Virus record (IMG/VR): IMGVR_UViG_3300048592_000644 | Span: 1 to 54,668 of that record | Strand: one strand, 5' to 3' | Origin: a virus | Lineage: Duplodnaviria > Caudoviricetes | DNA: 54,668 nt | Shown: positions 8,628 to 18,552 of the stretch, one piece after another | Position numbering within the stretch: position 1 is the first letter of the stretch | Layout: every line of letters begins with the position of its first letter | Position numbers and translations under genes: made by a program | The notes under the pieces: generated by a model | Databases searched by the model: none | Seen by the model: the letters and a program-made list of their open reading frames with translations, nothing else | Told to the model about the DNA's origin: nothing

Positions 8628-9296
8628 TTAACCCCTTCTCCTGGCTTTAATAACTGGCTTGTCCCCGGCCGGTGCGTATCGCATGAGAGTAACCAGCATA
8701 GCCATAGTTAAGGGGTCATCTATATGCCCATTAAAGGTTAAATCAACTGAACCAGAAACCGTGACGTTAACCACGCCAGTACCATTGTCCTTTTGTGCTG
8801 ATTTACGCCTTTCTATGGTGTATTGACTTCCAACATCCTGACGGGGCATTTCTAGCCCCGGTATAACTTCCTCTAATCTTTCCATTAAGTCATTCCATCT
8901 TGCCCAATCCTCTCTTGCTTTTCGCGCACTTTCGTCATGCCGGGGGACGAAAAGCGGTAAAAAACGCCGTTGAATGTCTTTCGCTATAGCCCCGGCCGGT
9001 CGTGATTCGCTGACATGGATATTAACTGGTTCACCATATGAGCCTTGAAAAATCTGGTTACGGGGATAACTTGAGTTAATAGAGATAGACCACTTACCAC
9101 CCTCAAATACCAGCATAACCCAAATTTTACGCCCCGCCTTATCCACTATATAAACCATCTTGTTTTCTGTGCCGGGGGAGTTATCCCAACCGTTTCTAGG
9201 CACAAGCTCAACCGTCATATCTAAAGCGGTTGCCAACTCATACCAAAAGTCAGGGTACTCATGGGTTAAGGGTGTTTCTTGTTTTAGCCGTGACAT
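8628..9296 (-). CDS. hypothetical protein, tandem paralog A
   Basis: Aligns by eye with 9284-9964 (YPDFW, VSESRPAGAIAKDIQRRFLP, TMAML.TL.RYAPAG). Confidence 0.75.
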   Translation of the reverse strand: MSRLKQETPLTHEYPDFWYELATALDMTVELVPRNGWDNSPGTENKMVYIVDKAGRKIWVMLVFEGGKWSISINSSYPRNQIFQGSYGEPVNIHVSESRPAGAIAKDIQRRFLPLFVPRHDESARKAREDWARWNDLMERLEEVIPGLEMPRQDVGSQYTIERRKSAQKDNGTGVVNVTVSGSVDLTFNGHIDDPLTMAMLVTLMRYAPAGDKPVIKARRRG

Positions 9297-9964
9297 GGGT
9301 GCACCTCTGCCCGGCTGTTGTTATCTTGCCCGGCCGGGGCATAACGAAAGAGGGTAGTCAACATAGCCATTGTCATAGGGTTGTCTAAATCCCCTCTAAA
9401 TTCTATGGTGATTGAGCCGTAAGCGTGAACAGCGGCCGATGCACTGTAACCTCTCTCTAAGTGGCCTGGCGGGGAATAGTGGCGGGTGAGGCGATAAGTT
9501 TTTGCCTGTTCGGTCGGCAAAGGAACGTTGGGTAAAAGTTCCTCCATTCTTTCCATCACTTCCCGCCATTGTGCAATATCTTTTTTTATTTGCACCACCC
9601 GGCCGTCATGCTCTTTCACAAACTCAGGTAGAAAACGCCGTTGAATATCTTTCGCTATGGCCCCGGCCGGTCGTGATTCGCTGACACAAATTGAGAGGGG
9701 CTTGCCACGATACCCCCCAAAGATGGGGTTTTGTGGGTAGGTGCTACTAACCTCAATTACCCATTTTCCCGTTTGAAAGATTAGATAAAGCCAAACCTTG
9801 CGCCCCTCCTTATCCACTAAATACGCACGGTCAAGCATCACTTCTGGGTTATCCGTACCTTCATATTTCTGCATCGTCTCAACCTTCATATTTAAGGCAG
9901 AGGCTATCTCATGCCAGAAATCAGGGTATTGGTGAATAGGGATGGGCTTTTCTTTAAGGGGCAT
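9284..9964 (-). CDS. hypothetical protein, tandem paralog B
   Basis: Paralog of 8628-9296. Confidence 0.75.
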   Translation of the reverse strand: MPLKEKPIPIHQYPDFWHEIASALNMKVETMQKYEGTDNPEVMLDRAYLVDKEGRKVWLYLIFQTGKWVIEVSSTYPQNPIFGGYRGKPLSICVSESRPAGAIAKDIQRRFLPEFVKEHDGRVVQIKKDIAQWREVMERMEELLPNVPLPTEQAKTYRLTRHYSPPGHLERGYSASAAVHAYGSITIEFRGDLDNPMTMAMLTTLFRYAPAGQDNNSRAEVHPCHG

Positions 9965-9969
9965 GGTGA

Positions 9970-10416
9970 TTAGAGGGGTTTAATGGGGTTGTATTCGCAA
10001 ATAAACACTGTTTGTTCGTCGTAATCAATGGTGGTGCTTATTTCTAAATCATCTACATCTAAAGACAGATTGTAAAGATATGTCTCCATATCACTACCTT
10101 TGACCAAATCAGAAACTATCTCTTTGTAGAATGGAATAACGGTGATGTAAACCTTTTCTGGGTCAATCTGTTTCATCACATGCTCAACTAGATTGCGGCG
10201 TTTGTTAACCTGTTCTATCGCCCACTTTTTACCGCCATCCGCCGCACTCAAAACATCTTCACCATTATCATCTTCATTAAAAAGCCAAAGTTCTATGGTT
10301 TCGTCCTTTTTGTCCATTGGCTTTAGTATGTGAAAAATAGCCTTTGCATCCCCATCAATCGCTAAGTCAGTCAAGGTGTTTTGTACTGTGCTTGCCAAAT
10401 CTTCGTTATCCAACAT
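9970..10416 (-). CDS. hypothetical acidic protein
   Basis: 148-aa ORF with GGAGG RBS. Confidence 0.65.
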   Translation of the reverse strand: MLDNEDLASTVQNTLTDLAIDGDAKAIFHILKPMDKKDETIELWLFNEDDNGEDVLSAADGGKKWAIEQVNKRRNLVEHVMKQIDPEKVYITVIPFYKEIVSDLVKGSDMETYLYNLSLDVDDLEISTTIDYDEQTVFICEYNPIKPL

Positions 10417-10452
10417 TTTTATTTTCCTCCTGTTTCCCTTTTTTACCGGGCA

Positions 10453-11046
10453 TTAGTTTTCTATTAACTCTAAATCTTGGAAGGTGTAAGAGAAATGGTG
10501 GGCTTCATCTGCGGGATTGTGTAAGTAGTTAATGAGCCGCCACTTACTGGTATCCCATGCCGGAAAGACTGACAGAGGAAAGACAGACTTATCCCCCTGC
10601 ACCACCGTATCTACTGCGGTTAGATACAGGTGTGTGGCGATTGGTAAAAACGCCTCATAAATTGCCGCTCCCCCCGCAATGATTATCTCCCCATCATACC
10701 GGCCGCATACTTGAGCAATATCTAAGGCATGGGTCACACTACTGGCAGAAATAAACCCCGGCTTGTAATAATCCTTTCGTTCACTCATTAAGATGGCCGT
10801 CCGGCCGGGCAACGGGTGGAAATGGGGCTGGAACTCCACCAAAATATTCCCATGATGTTGATTAACAATTTTCCCCAGATAAGGCTTAGGTAATGATTCG
10901 GCTGTTTTGCGCCCCATAATAACGGGTTTCCCCATTGTTATGGCCCGGAAACGTTTTAGGTCATTTGGTAAGTGCCAGGGCAGTTGTCCATTTTGCCCTA
11001 TGGCCCCATTCTTTGAGATGGCCGCCACAATTGATATTTTCATCAC
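10453..11046 (-). CDS. folA: dihydrofolate reductase
   Basis: AIGQNGQLPWHLPNDLKRFRAITMGKPVIMGRKT, PLPGR, IAGGAAIY; near thyA. Confidence 0.95.
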   Translation of the reverse strand: MMKISIVAAISKNGAIGQNGQLPWHLPNDLKRFRAITMGKPVIMGRKTAESLPKPYLGKIVNQHHGNILVEFQPHFHPLPGRTAILMSERKDYYKPGFISASSVTHALDIAQVCGRYDGEIIIAGGAAIYEAFLPIATHLYLTAVDTVVQGDKSVFPLSVFPAWDTSKWRLINYLHNPADEAHHFSYTFQDLELIEN

Positions 11047-11420
11047 TTCCCCTTTCGCCGTGTGCGAATCTCAAAATACCCCTGTAAATGTGGGTACTCT
11101 GACATAATCTTTCGGGCATAAAAAGCCCCATAGGAATTATTTATTTTCCACTTGTCCCCTGATGTGCGTATAGCACCACGCCGGAGGCTTTCCATATAAA
11201 ACTGTATGCTCATATGCCCAACACCCGCATTAAAGTCATCTTGTACCATGTGGACAAGGTTTTTATAAACATGAGGGTTGAGCATATGGAAAGCCTCAAA
11301 TCGTTCCTTCCGTGTTTGCGGCCGCACCTCTTTGGGTAATTGTTTCAATGGCTCAAAGTCTAGGGTGAAGCGAAGCTGTACAGTTTGGTCAATATCATCT
11401 GGGTCAATCAGGTTATTCAT
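11043..11420 (-). CDS. hypothetical phage protein
   Basis: 125-aa ORF with AGGAGATGC RBS, coupled to folA. Confidence 0.7.
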   Translation of the reverse strand: MNNLIDPDDIDQTVQLRFTLDFEPLKQLPKEVRPQTRKERFEAFHMLNPHVYKNLVHMVQDDFNAGVGHMSIQFYMESLRRGAIRTSGDKWKINNSYGAFYARKIMSEYPHLQGYFEIRTRRKGK

Positions 11421-11429
11421 AGCATCTCC

Positions 11430-12224
11430 TTAAACTGCTACAGGGGCTTTAATCGCCGGGTGGGGATTGTAGCCAGACAAAACAATATCATCATAAACAA
11501 AATCAAAAATATCATATCTGCGAGTTAACTTAACCGTTGGGAGCGGCCGTGGCTCACGGTCTAATAATTGATTAACTTGAGAGAGATGGTTTAGGTAAAT
11601 ATGAGCATCCCCCAGGGTATGAATGAACTCCCCCGGCCGGTATCCCGTCACATTGGCAACCAACAGAGTTAAGAGGGCATAACTGGCAAGATTAAACGGC
11701 ACTCCCAGAAAAGCATCTGCACTGCGTTGGTACAACTGGCAAGATAAACGATTGGTGGTGGAAACATAGAACTGAAAGAGGCAATGACAAGGGGGCAAGG
11801 CCATTTGGTCAATTTCCCCCACGTTCCATGCGGAAACAACGTGTCGGCGGGAATGTGGGTTGTCAATCAGGCCATTAACCAGTTCGGTTATTTGGTCTAC
11901 GGTTCGCCCATCGGCCCCGGCCCATGAACGCCATTGTTTGCCATATACTGGCCCCAACTCCCCCACCTCATCTGCCCACTCATTCCAAATAGATACCCCA
12001 TTCTCTTTGAGGTAAGCAATATTTGTTTCGCCTTTCAAAAACCAAAGTAGTTCGTGAACAATGGACTTAAAGTGTACTTTTTTAGTGGTGAGAAGCGGAA
12101 AAGAGGTGCTAAGGTCGAAACGCATCTGATACCCAAAGGTGCTAACTGTTCCCGTTCCTGTGCGGTCACTCTTTTGCTCCCCATTTTTGAGGATGTGCCA
12201 TAAGAGGTCGTGGTATTGCTTCAT
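11430..12224 (-). CDS. thyA: thymidylate synthase
   Basis: [47 protein letters not shown]; 264 aa. Confidence 0.98.
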   Translation of the reverse strand: MKQYHDLLWHILKNGEQKSDRTGTGTVSTFGYQMRFDLSTSFPLLTTKKVHFKSIVHELLWFLKGETNIAYLKENGVSIWNEWADEVGELGPVYGKQWRSWAGADGRTVDQITELVNGLIDNPHSRRHVVSAWNVGEIDQMALPPCHCLFQFYVSTTNRLSCQLYQRSADAFLGVPFNLASYALLTLLVANVTGYRPGEFIHTLGDAHIYLNHLSQVNQLLDREPRPLPTVKLTRRYDIFDFVYDDIVLSGYNPHPAIKAPVAV

Positions 12225-12505
12225 TATTCCTCTAATTTAGACAGCACCACAAAGGTTTTGCGGGTGCTTAAATTGCCGTTCAAAACTAAGTGGTGTCTGA
12301 TGCCCCCCACCTTGTAAATCGTTTCTAAAGCATCACCCTCAAAGGAGACAAAATCACCAATGCTGTAATGGCTGTTTGGGATAGATACCTCTGTTTCAGG
12401 GCGTTCCCCCCGGCTAAAAATAAACACTACTGAGGTTTGTTTGTTTTGGGCTGGTTTCCCCGTTAATACGGGTTCATCAAATGTCATGTCCATTATCGCC
12501 TCCAT
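12224..12505 (-). CDS. hypothetical protein
   Basis: 93-aa ORF coupled to thyA (TAATG). Confidence 0.6.
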   Translation of the reverse strand: MEAIMDMTFDEPVLTGKPAQNKQTSVVFIFSRGERPETEVSIPNSHYSIGDFVSFEGDALETIYKVGGIRHHLVLNGNLSTRKTFVVLSKLEE

Positions 12506-13016
12506 TTTGGCGTTTGTATTGGCGTAAATTAAGTCTAATTAGCCAATATGTAATTGTTGATAAAGGCAATTCTAGCTTTTCTGCTAGTTGTTGTTTTGTC
12601 ATGTTAGCTGTTTTGTACTGTTTCAATACCTCCATTTTTTCAGGGGTTAGACTACGGGTGTTACGGGCAGAACTATCTTGAACATTCAAGCCGAATTTAT
12701 TTATTGCCCATCTTAACCGATGCCAGTCTACCCCTATCTTTCGGCTAACATCGGCTCTAGTCAAACCATCATTTACCATTTGAACGGCTTGCGTGGCCTG
12801 TTCTAAGGTGACGGGAGGGAGCGTTTTTTGTCCGTTTCGGGCTTCATTCCAGGGGCGCACCCATAAACCCATTTCCTCAAAACGGCGGTAAAGGTTTTGG
12901 GGATAAACATTTAGCTCGTCGGCCAGTTTGGTAATTGATTCTCCGGCAACATGCCGGGGATGTATGGTAAGAATAACGTGGTCTGTAAGGCTTTTTTTGC
13001 CGTTTTTTCGCTTCAT
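12477..13016 (-). CDS. protein with about 3 tandem HTH domains
   Basis: GESITKLADELNV..NLYRRF, GLTRADVSRKIGV, MTKQQLAEKLELPLSTITYW. Confidence 0.75.
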   Translation of the reverse strand: MKRKNGKKSLTDHVILTIHPRHVAGESITKLADELNVYPQNLYRRFEEMGLWVRPWNEARNGQKTLPPVTLEQATQAVQMVNDGLTRADVSRKIGVDWHRLRWAINKFGLNVQDSSARNTRSLTPEKMEVLKQYKTANMTKQQLAEKLELPLSTITYWLIRLNLRQYKRQNGGDNGHDI

Positions 13017-14524
13017 TTCTGCACCAGTGAAAAGCCGGAAACTAACATTTTACGCACTTCAGCTAGTTCTAATTTGTATTTCTTTGCCAAACTCTCCACA
13101 CTGGCCCCAGACTGCCGCTCATGGGCTAAGACGGCCGGGGTTGCCTGTGGGGTTTGTTTGGGTGGAGTAGCCTTCTTTGGTTGCCGTTTTTGTTTTTGTT
13201 GTGCCTTGCGCTCTTTAATTTGCCCGGCCGTTGGCACTTCATTAAGGGGAGGTAAATTAAATTTAGTGAATTGCTTAACTACCTCAGTCCAACTAATTTT
13301 GAGCATGGCACAAACATCTTTGCGGCTGGCCCCGGCCTTGCGTTTTTCGTAAGCCATCACAATCTCTGCCTCACTAAAGTCTTGCCGTTGGAATGGTTTA
13401 GGACGGGGTTTGTTGATAGGCGTTAACCCCAAACGAACAAAACTTTTTTTGAGGGTATCCCACAACACATTGAGGTTATTACACACCTCGTCCCTATCTA
13501 AGCCATCGGTTAATTGCTTATGGGCGGTAATTATTTGGTGGTCACTGAGTAACGCTTTCGCGCCCGGCCGGTTCTTTTTAATCGTTCCCCTGCGCTCCTC
13601 ATAAATTTTTTTGAGGGTGTTGTAATTCAGATTTAACCGCTTTGCTATGTTTACAAAAGATACTCTTTTTTCTAGCAATTCCTTAACTTTATCAAGGGTT
13701 TCATCGGTGACAATAACCCGCCGCACTCTTTGGCGAGTGAGCTTGCGAACAGGTAACTTGACCCCACGCCGTTTTAATATCGCCCCTAGTGACTTTTTGT
13801 GTATACCGTACTTCTCACCAATTTGGGCTAATGTTAAACCCTCCCCATAATGCCCTAGAATCTCCTCTGTTGGCACATGGTTCAAGTTATGTGCCTCTCT
13901 GACAGGATTCCAGCCCAACGCTTCAAACACCTTTTTTAGCCGCTTATGAGTGGTGCTGTATTTCTTGCTGACTTGCTCCCACGTTGATTCCCCTTGTAGC
14001 TCCTCATAAATCTTTTTGGCTAACTCAGGGGCTATCTTTCTATTAACGCTATAAGGGGATGCGTCACATATGGCTTTGACGGTGTAGAAAGACATCTTGT
14101 GTTTCTTAGCCAACAAACATATAGCCACCCCGCTCATATATTCAGACATAATTTTTTCTTTTACTTCCTGTGGGATTTGGTCGGTGTATCCCCTGGGTAC
14201 GCTACGGGGTAAACCATACTGAATAAACCGCCGCCGCAAAACAGAGGACGTGACATTTAGCTCCTGGGCGACAACCGCCAAAACAGCCCCATTGGAGTAT
14301 TTGGCATGGGCATCCCTTACTTCCTGTTCGGTTAAATCTTGCTCCGGCCGGGCGCGTTTTGGCCCTCTTTTGCGGGGTGGTAACTTTAGACCCATTACCC
14401 CAAAGCGGCGGTAGAAATACGTTTCAGAGACGTTGTATTCAGCCGCGATTTGGTAAACCAATTCCCCGGCCTTTGCCCGTTCATAAACTTTTACTATTTC
14501 TTCATTTGAAATTATGCTTGCCAT
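13013..14524 (-). CDS. large basic protein with about 9 tandem HTH repeats
   Basis: Repeated G-x-(S/T/L)-x3-(I/V)A..(Y/L)(N/G)(V/I) helix-turn-helix units separated by basic linkers; start moved to ATG 14524 behind GAGGAG. Confidence 0.75.
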   Translation of the reverse strand: MASIISNEEIVKVYERAKAGELVYQIAAEYNVSETYFYRRFGVMGLKLPPRKRGPKRARPEQDLTEQEVRDAHAKYSNGAVLAVVAQELNVTSSVLRRRFIQYGLPRSVPRGYTDQIPQEVKEKIMSEYMSGVAICLLAKKHKMSFYTVKAICDASPYSVNRKIAPELAKKIYEELQGESTWEQVSKKYSTTHKRLKKVFEALGWNPVREAHNLNHVPTEEILGHYGEGLTLAQIGEKYGIHKKSLGAILKRRGVKLPVRKLTRQRVRRVIVTDETLDKVKELLEKRVSFVNIAKRLNLNYNTLKKIYEERRGTIKKNRPGAKALLSDHQIITAHKQLTDGLDRDEVCNNLNVLWDTLKKSFVRLGLTPINKPRPKPFQRQDFSEAEIVMAYEKRKAGASRKDVCAMLKISWTEVVKQFTKFNLPPLNEVPTAGQIKERKAQQKQKRQPKKATPPKQTPQATPAVLAHERQSGASVESLAKKYKLELAEVRKMLVSGFSLVQK

Positions 14525-14548
14525 ACATCTCCTCAACAAATCATGTAA

Positions 14549-14827
14549 CTATTGGTCTGAACTTTGCAACCGCTCTAAAGCCTCTAATTCATCATAGGTT
14601 AAACCTACCCCATCCTTTGGCTTTAATTGCCCCAGTGTGGCGGGGGAATAAGAATCAAACAACTCAGTAATAAGCGGTAAAAATTCGGGAAAAACATCTT
14701 GACAATGTGTTTTGCAATTTTGTACCCACCACTGCCAACCAGTAGGCTTGTGCTCCATAACCCGCATAGCGGCCCGGTACAAACTATATTCTTTTTTATA
14801 ATGATTAGCTGGTCGGGGTAGTTTCAT
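14549..14827 (-). CDS. hypothetical protein
   Basis: 92-aa ORF; upstream TGnTATAAT extended -10 (TATAAT at 14848-14853) and AGAGATGC. Confidence 0.6.
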   Translation of the reverse strand: MKLPRPANHYKKEYSLYRAAMRVMEHKPTGWQWWVQNCKTHCQDVFPEFLPLITELFDSYSPATLGQLKPKDGVGLTYDELEALERLQSSDQ

Positions 14828-14869
14828 AATAGCATCTCTTAATAAGTATTATAACACACCTGTTGTAAC

Positions 14870-14913
14870 AAAAAAGAGGAAATTAGCCTTTTGACTGACT
14901 AATTTCCTCTTTT
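14870..14913 (-). terminator. intrinsic terminator ending the late operon
   Basis: aaaagaggaaattag...ctaatttcctctttt stem with T-runs. Confidence 0.8.
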
Positions 14914-14937
14914 GATAGCCGCTTAAATAAAACTCAG

Positions 14938-15405
14938 TTAGTAGGGAATGATTATCCCGTATTGTGTCGCCACAATTTTAGACACCTTTTCTCTGGTTTG
15001 TGGGTGAAGTTGTGAACTAACTCGCCCCCAATGTTTTTCTAACCATTCTTTCAGGTCAAACCGGCCGGAGTAGGCCATTCCGGCCCCGCCCCAATCGGCT
15101 ATCATCTCGACAATATACTTGTCTGGCATAGGCACTGGTGTACCGTGTAATATCCAGTGTTCATAGTGGTGGGGGTTATGGTGAAGGTGGTGCAGGAAAG
15201 CCCGGTCAAAGTTTACTTTGCCTTGCCCATCCCTCGCTCCCCCTTCCCAATATTTAGCATACGGAATAAATTCGGCCGGTGAGAATTTGCTTAAATCATG
15301 TATGAGAAGTTGCCAGAGGGATACATCTAACTCTATCCCACACATAAACACATAATATTTGTGCCTCAAAATCTTAACGAAGTTTTTCCAGTAAATGTTG
15401 TTCAT
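14938..15405 (-). CDS. HD-like metal-binding protein (DUF5662-type)
   Basis: HKYYV, HDLSKFS, HHLHHNPHHYEHW, EMIADW motifs. Confidence 0.8.
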   Translation of the reverse strand: MNNIYWKNFVKILRHKYYVFMCGIELDVSLWQLLIHDLSKFSPAEFIPYAKYWEGGARDGQGKVNFDRAFLHHLHHNPHHYEHWILHGTPVPMPDKYIVEMIADWGGAGMAYSGRFDLKEWLEKHWGRVSSQLHPQTREKVSKIVATQYGIIIPY

Positions 15406-15407
15406 TG

Positions 15408-17543
15408 TTAACCTCTAAAATAGTCATCTACCCCGCGCTCATACCAACTCTCCTGGTTACGCCCAACGGGTGGATTTTGAGTGTAATCTTCATGGGGATG
15501 CCATGAAGCGGTAAAGCTGTAAGCGGCCGCTATTCCCGCCACAGGGTTTAGCAAGTCATAAAAGCGGCGGTAAACATCAGCCTTGTATTGAGCCGAGGCG
15601 GGAAGGTTAACGGAAAACTCCCCTATCATTAGCGGCCGGTTGTAAGCCCATCTGCGGCGGAAGTCCATTACTTCATCAAACATGCCTTGTGCCGCTTGTG
15701 TGGTATTAGAGGTATTGCCTGAATAAACGTGTTCCACTATCCCATAAATGTGCGTAAATGCCCCGGCTCTTGCCGAATCTGCAATAAATGTATGTTGCGC
15801 CCCAAAGCCAGGTGAACAGCCGGGATACCACAACCTCACCCCGCCAAACCCCTGCTTTAGCAGGAAACACAACTCAGAGAAAATAACCCCAAACTGAGAG
15901 CCATTAGACCATCTGATGCCCATGCCCTCTATATTAGGTTCGTTTAATACCACAAAATCCCGCGCCCCTTTAACATAAAATCTTTCTACATCTGCCCTTA
16001 CTTCATTGTAGATAGCTTGCGCCCCGCCTTGAAAAGAGGGGTTAAGCAAGATTCTTACAGGGTTAAATGAGGGGTGCTTAAACCCTTCCCATTTGTCAGG
16101 ATTAACCCCGCCTGTGTGAAACTTGGGGTACAAGCCAGTTCCCCGGTACACATCCCAAGCCTCATGCCGCCAATCACTAGCCGGGGAATCTACCCCTCTC
16201 ACAATGGGTTTAGCAACGGGCGGCCCACTATACCCCCCGGCCGGAGGCTGAGGTGGTGGTGGTTGGGTAGGTGGTTGCTCCCCGGTTATAAAACGGTAAA
16301 CCTCATTAGGGTCATTACTGCTAACACTGCTATAAATTGTGCCGGGGTAATATTGGTTATACCAGCCTGGCATGTCCGGCCCCCAGAGTTGCGGGTTAAT
16401 CAAAATAGCATATCGCTTACTTAGCAAACCCACCCCAAAACCCGCATCATCAGCCGAACAGCCACAAGAATACCCTTTAACCTTAGCGGCCTGTAAAGCG
16501 GCGTTAATAACCGCATCACTATCGCCCCTATGCCAGACTACCGTCCGGCGGGTGTAATCAACTCTGGGGGGTAAAATCTCCCCGGCCGGTGGTTCGGTGT
16601 TGAGGTTCGGCACAACGACTTGTACGGCACTGGTGTTAAAGGCCAACGCCTGTTGCTTGATAGGATTTATTAGGGCATTGGTTTGATGCTCTATCCCAAA
16701 CCCCCCGCCCAAATACCATGTAGTGGCCCCTAAAATGTTAGGGTACTTGGCATATTCCCCGGCCGCTTGCCCCATTTGCTCCACACATCGTTCTACTGAG
16801 GGTAATTGGTTATGGGTATACCCAAACTCTTTAATCAGAATGGGCAAGCGTGACCAATCAATACCCATCGCCTCACACTGCGCTAATAACTGCTTAAACC
16901 GATAAACCTTAAAGCCTTCACCATTAAAGAGGTTAGTGGCATCATAACTGTACTCATGCAGGGCAACCCCGGCCATGCCGTTAGACTGAACACAATACTT
17001 TAGGTATTGCTTCATGCCCTCAGTTAGCCAATGTTCACTCTCTGGCTCTCCACTAGAAAAAGCAAAAGCCATCACCTTGTAGCCTTGAACGTTCAAGATT
17101 TGCGCGGCTTTTAATGCGGCTTTTCCTAGATAGTCAGCCCGGTTTTTATCCACCTCATTAAAGAGGCTAATCCAAACATGAGCCTTATTTTGGGCAACTG
17201 TGGGGTGCATAAACTGTAATAATTTCCCCGCTATCCATTCTCCGGCCTGTTCGGGTGTTCCCCCATAATCAACCCCGTTCACTTTGGGGACAGCATAATA
17301 TTCATTGTTTCCTCCGGCCTCGCCATTGTCGGCCGCTACTAACCGCCAACAAAGAGTGTGTTTAACTTGAGAACCAGAGTTAATACATTGTAGGGCATCA
17401 CTTATCCCTACTACCCCATCAACACAAGTGATGGCGGCCGGTCGGCCAGCCCCGTCAAGGGCGCGAACAAAATCACCTATACCAGTGGGATTCCCACCAC
17501 TGCCAGAGGTATGAAAACCTATAGGGTAACGCACTGCGTTCAT
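15408..17543 (-). CDS. double glycoside hydrolase (two clan GH-A-like TIM barrels); candidate lysin/depolymerase
   Basis: Domain 1 FNE..ALHEY..IKEFG; domain 2 LNEPN..EHVY..IGEFS; Pro-rich linkers; lies after holin-like genes. Confidence 0.7.
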   Translation of the reverse strand: MNAVRYPIGFHTSGSGGNPTGIGDFVRALDGAGRPAAITCVDGVVGISDALQCINSGSQVKHTLCWRLVAADNGEAGGNNEYYAVPKVNGVDYGGTPEQAGEWIAGKLLQFMHPTVAQNKAHVWISLFNEVDKNRADYLGKAALKAAQILNVQGYKVMAFAFSSGEPESEHWLTEGMKQYLKYCVQSNGMAGVALHEYSYDATNLFNGEGFKVYRFKQLLAQCEAMGIDWSRLPILIKEFGYTHNQLPSVERCVEQMGQAAGEYAKYPNILGATTWYLGGGFGIEHQTNALINPIKQQALAFNTSAVQVVVPNLNTEPPAGEILPPRVDYTRRTVVWHRGDSDAVINAALQAAKVKGYSCGCSADDAGFGVGLLSKRYAILINPQLWGPDMPGWYNQYYPGTIYSSVSSNDPNEVYRFITGEQPPTQPPPPQPPAGGYSGPPVAKPIVRGVDSPASDWRHEAWDVYRGTGLYPKFHTGGVNPDKWEGFKHPSFNPVRILLNPSFQGGAQAIYNEVRADVERFYVKGARDFVVLNEPNIEGMGIRWSNGSQFGVIFSELCFLLKQGFGGVRLWYPGCSPGFGAQHTFIADSARAGAFTHIYGIVEHVYSGNTSNTTQAAQGMFDEVMDFRRRWAYNRPLMIGEFSVNLPASAQYKADVYRRFYDLLNPVAGIAAAYSFTASWHPHEDYTQNPPVGRNQESWYERGVDDYFRG

Positions 17544-18322
17544 TATCTTTCTCCACTTTCACAATCGAATAATGCAAAATCCACAATTAGACCGGGGGTG
17601 CTTTGCTGAAAGCCGTTCCCTACTGCCAAGATATTGTGAATATAATAATAATCACCGGCCGGTAAACCAGATAAATCAACCGTGTAATTGCCGGAGTTAG
17701 GGGTGTATTGATTAGCCAACCAAACAGGCTCTAATGTTTTGACCATAGCCCCATTGTTTTTACTGTAAACCGTTGCCACTATAACCGATACTGTTTGCTC
17801 GGAGCGGTCTAAGGGTGTTGTTTCAAAGGATAAGGAGCTATTTAGGCACACTTGTCCGGCCGTGACTTGTAAGAGGGGAGCTTGTGGGTAATTACTGTCT
17901 ATGGAATTGGCAATAGTGACTGTGGCAATCACAATAAAACTAAGAATAGCAAAGGGTAATCCCGCCACTTGCCCCCATCGGTGAGACGGCCGCCCGTAAA
18001 CTAAGTCATGGTAAGCCAATTCATGGAAAAATATTACTGGCCCTGTGGCAAAAAATATGGCGACAACTGAGGCTGTCCAGTACCATTTTGTAATTGCTAC
18101 ATCTGGCCCAAAGAACCAAATTGAATTACTGGCAAAAAAGACATACAGCAAGAGAAAGGCAAACCCCCCGCACTCCATAACCTTTGAATCTAACAAAGGT
18201 TCGCCATGCCCCGTTTGCACCCTGGCGTATTGTGCCAAGCACCATACCCTATACCCCCGGTAAATCCAGTAAGCCAGGGCAGAAAAAAGGCATAGGTCAA
18301 AAACTGCCCATAATAAAATCAT
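17543..18322 (-). CDS. four-TM membrane protein with C-terminal beta-rich domain
   Basis: Four hydrophobic helices, then YTVDLSGLPAGDYY Ig-like segment. Confidence 0.65.
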   Translation of the reverse strand: MILLWAVFDLCLFSALAYWIYRGYRVWCLAQYARVQTGHGEPLLDSKVMECGGFAFLLLYVFFASNSIWFFGPDVAITKWYWTASVVAIFFATGPVIFFHELAYHDLVYGRPSHRWGQVAGLPFAILSFIVIATVTIANSIDSNYPQAPLLQVTAGQVCLNSSLSFETTPLDRSEQTVSVIVATVYSKNNGAMVKTLEPVWLANQYTPNSGNYTVDLSGLPAGDYYYIHNILAVGNGFQQSTPGLIVDFALFDCESGER

Positions 18323-18546
18323 GCGCCATCCCCTAGTAGCTCTTTCCCTCTGTTAATAAGTTCTTTCAATAATTCCGCTTCCCGTTCCTGTTGGGCGTTC
18401 AGTTGCCTTACCTCGTCTTTGGCCTTCTGAATGTAGGCACAGGCAATGACAACTTGCGAGTTAATTGGCTGGTTAGAATCCTGTTTTTTGTCAGGGGGTA
18501 CGGGCGCAATGGGGGATGGTGGTGCGTATCGCTTTCTTCTACTCAT
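18319..18546 (-). CDS. hypothetical coiled-coil protein
   Basis: 75 aa; ATGA overlap with the next gene. Confidence 0.6.
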   Translation of the reverse strand: MSRRKRYAPPSPIAPVPPDKKQDSNQPINSQVVIACAYIQKAKDEVRQLNAQQEREAELLKELINRGKELLGDGA

Positions 18547-18552
18547 ATCTAC

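Noticed and set aside
8961-9686. Diversity-generating retroelement TR/VR pair
   Set aside because: No reverse transcriptase in the window; the repeats are short and lie mid-gene in paralogs; the 32601-32776 repeat is likewise a protein repeat
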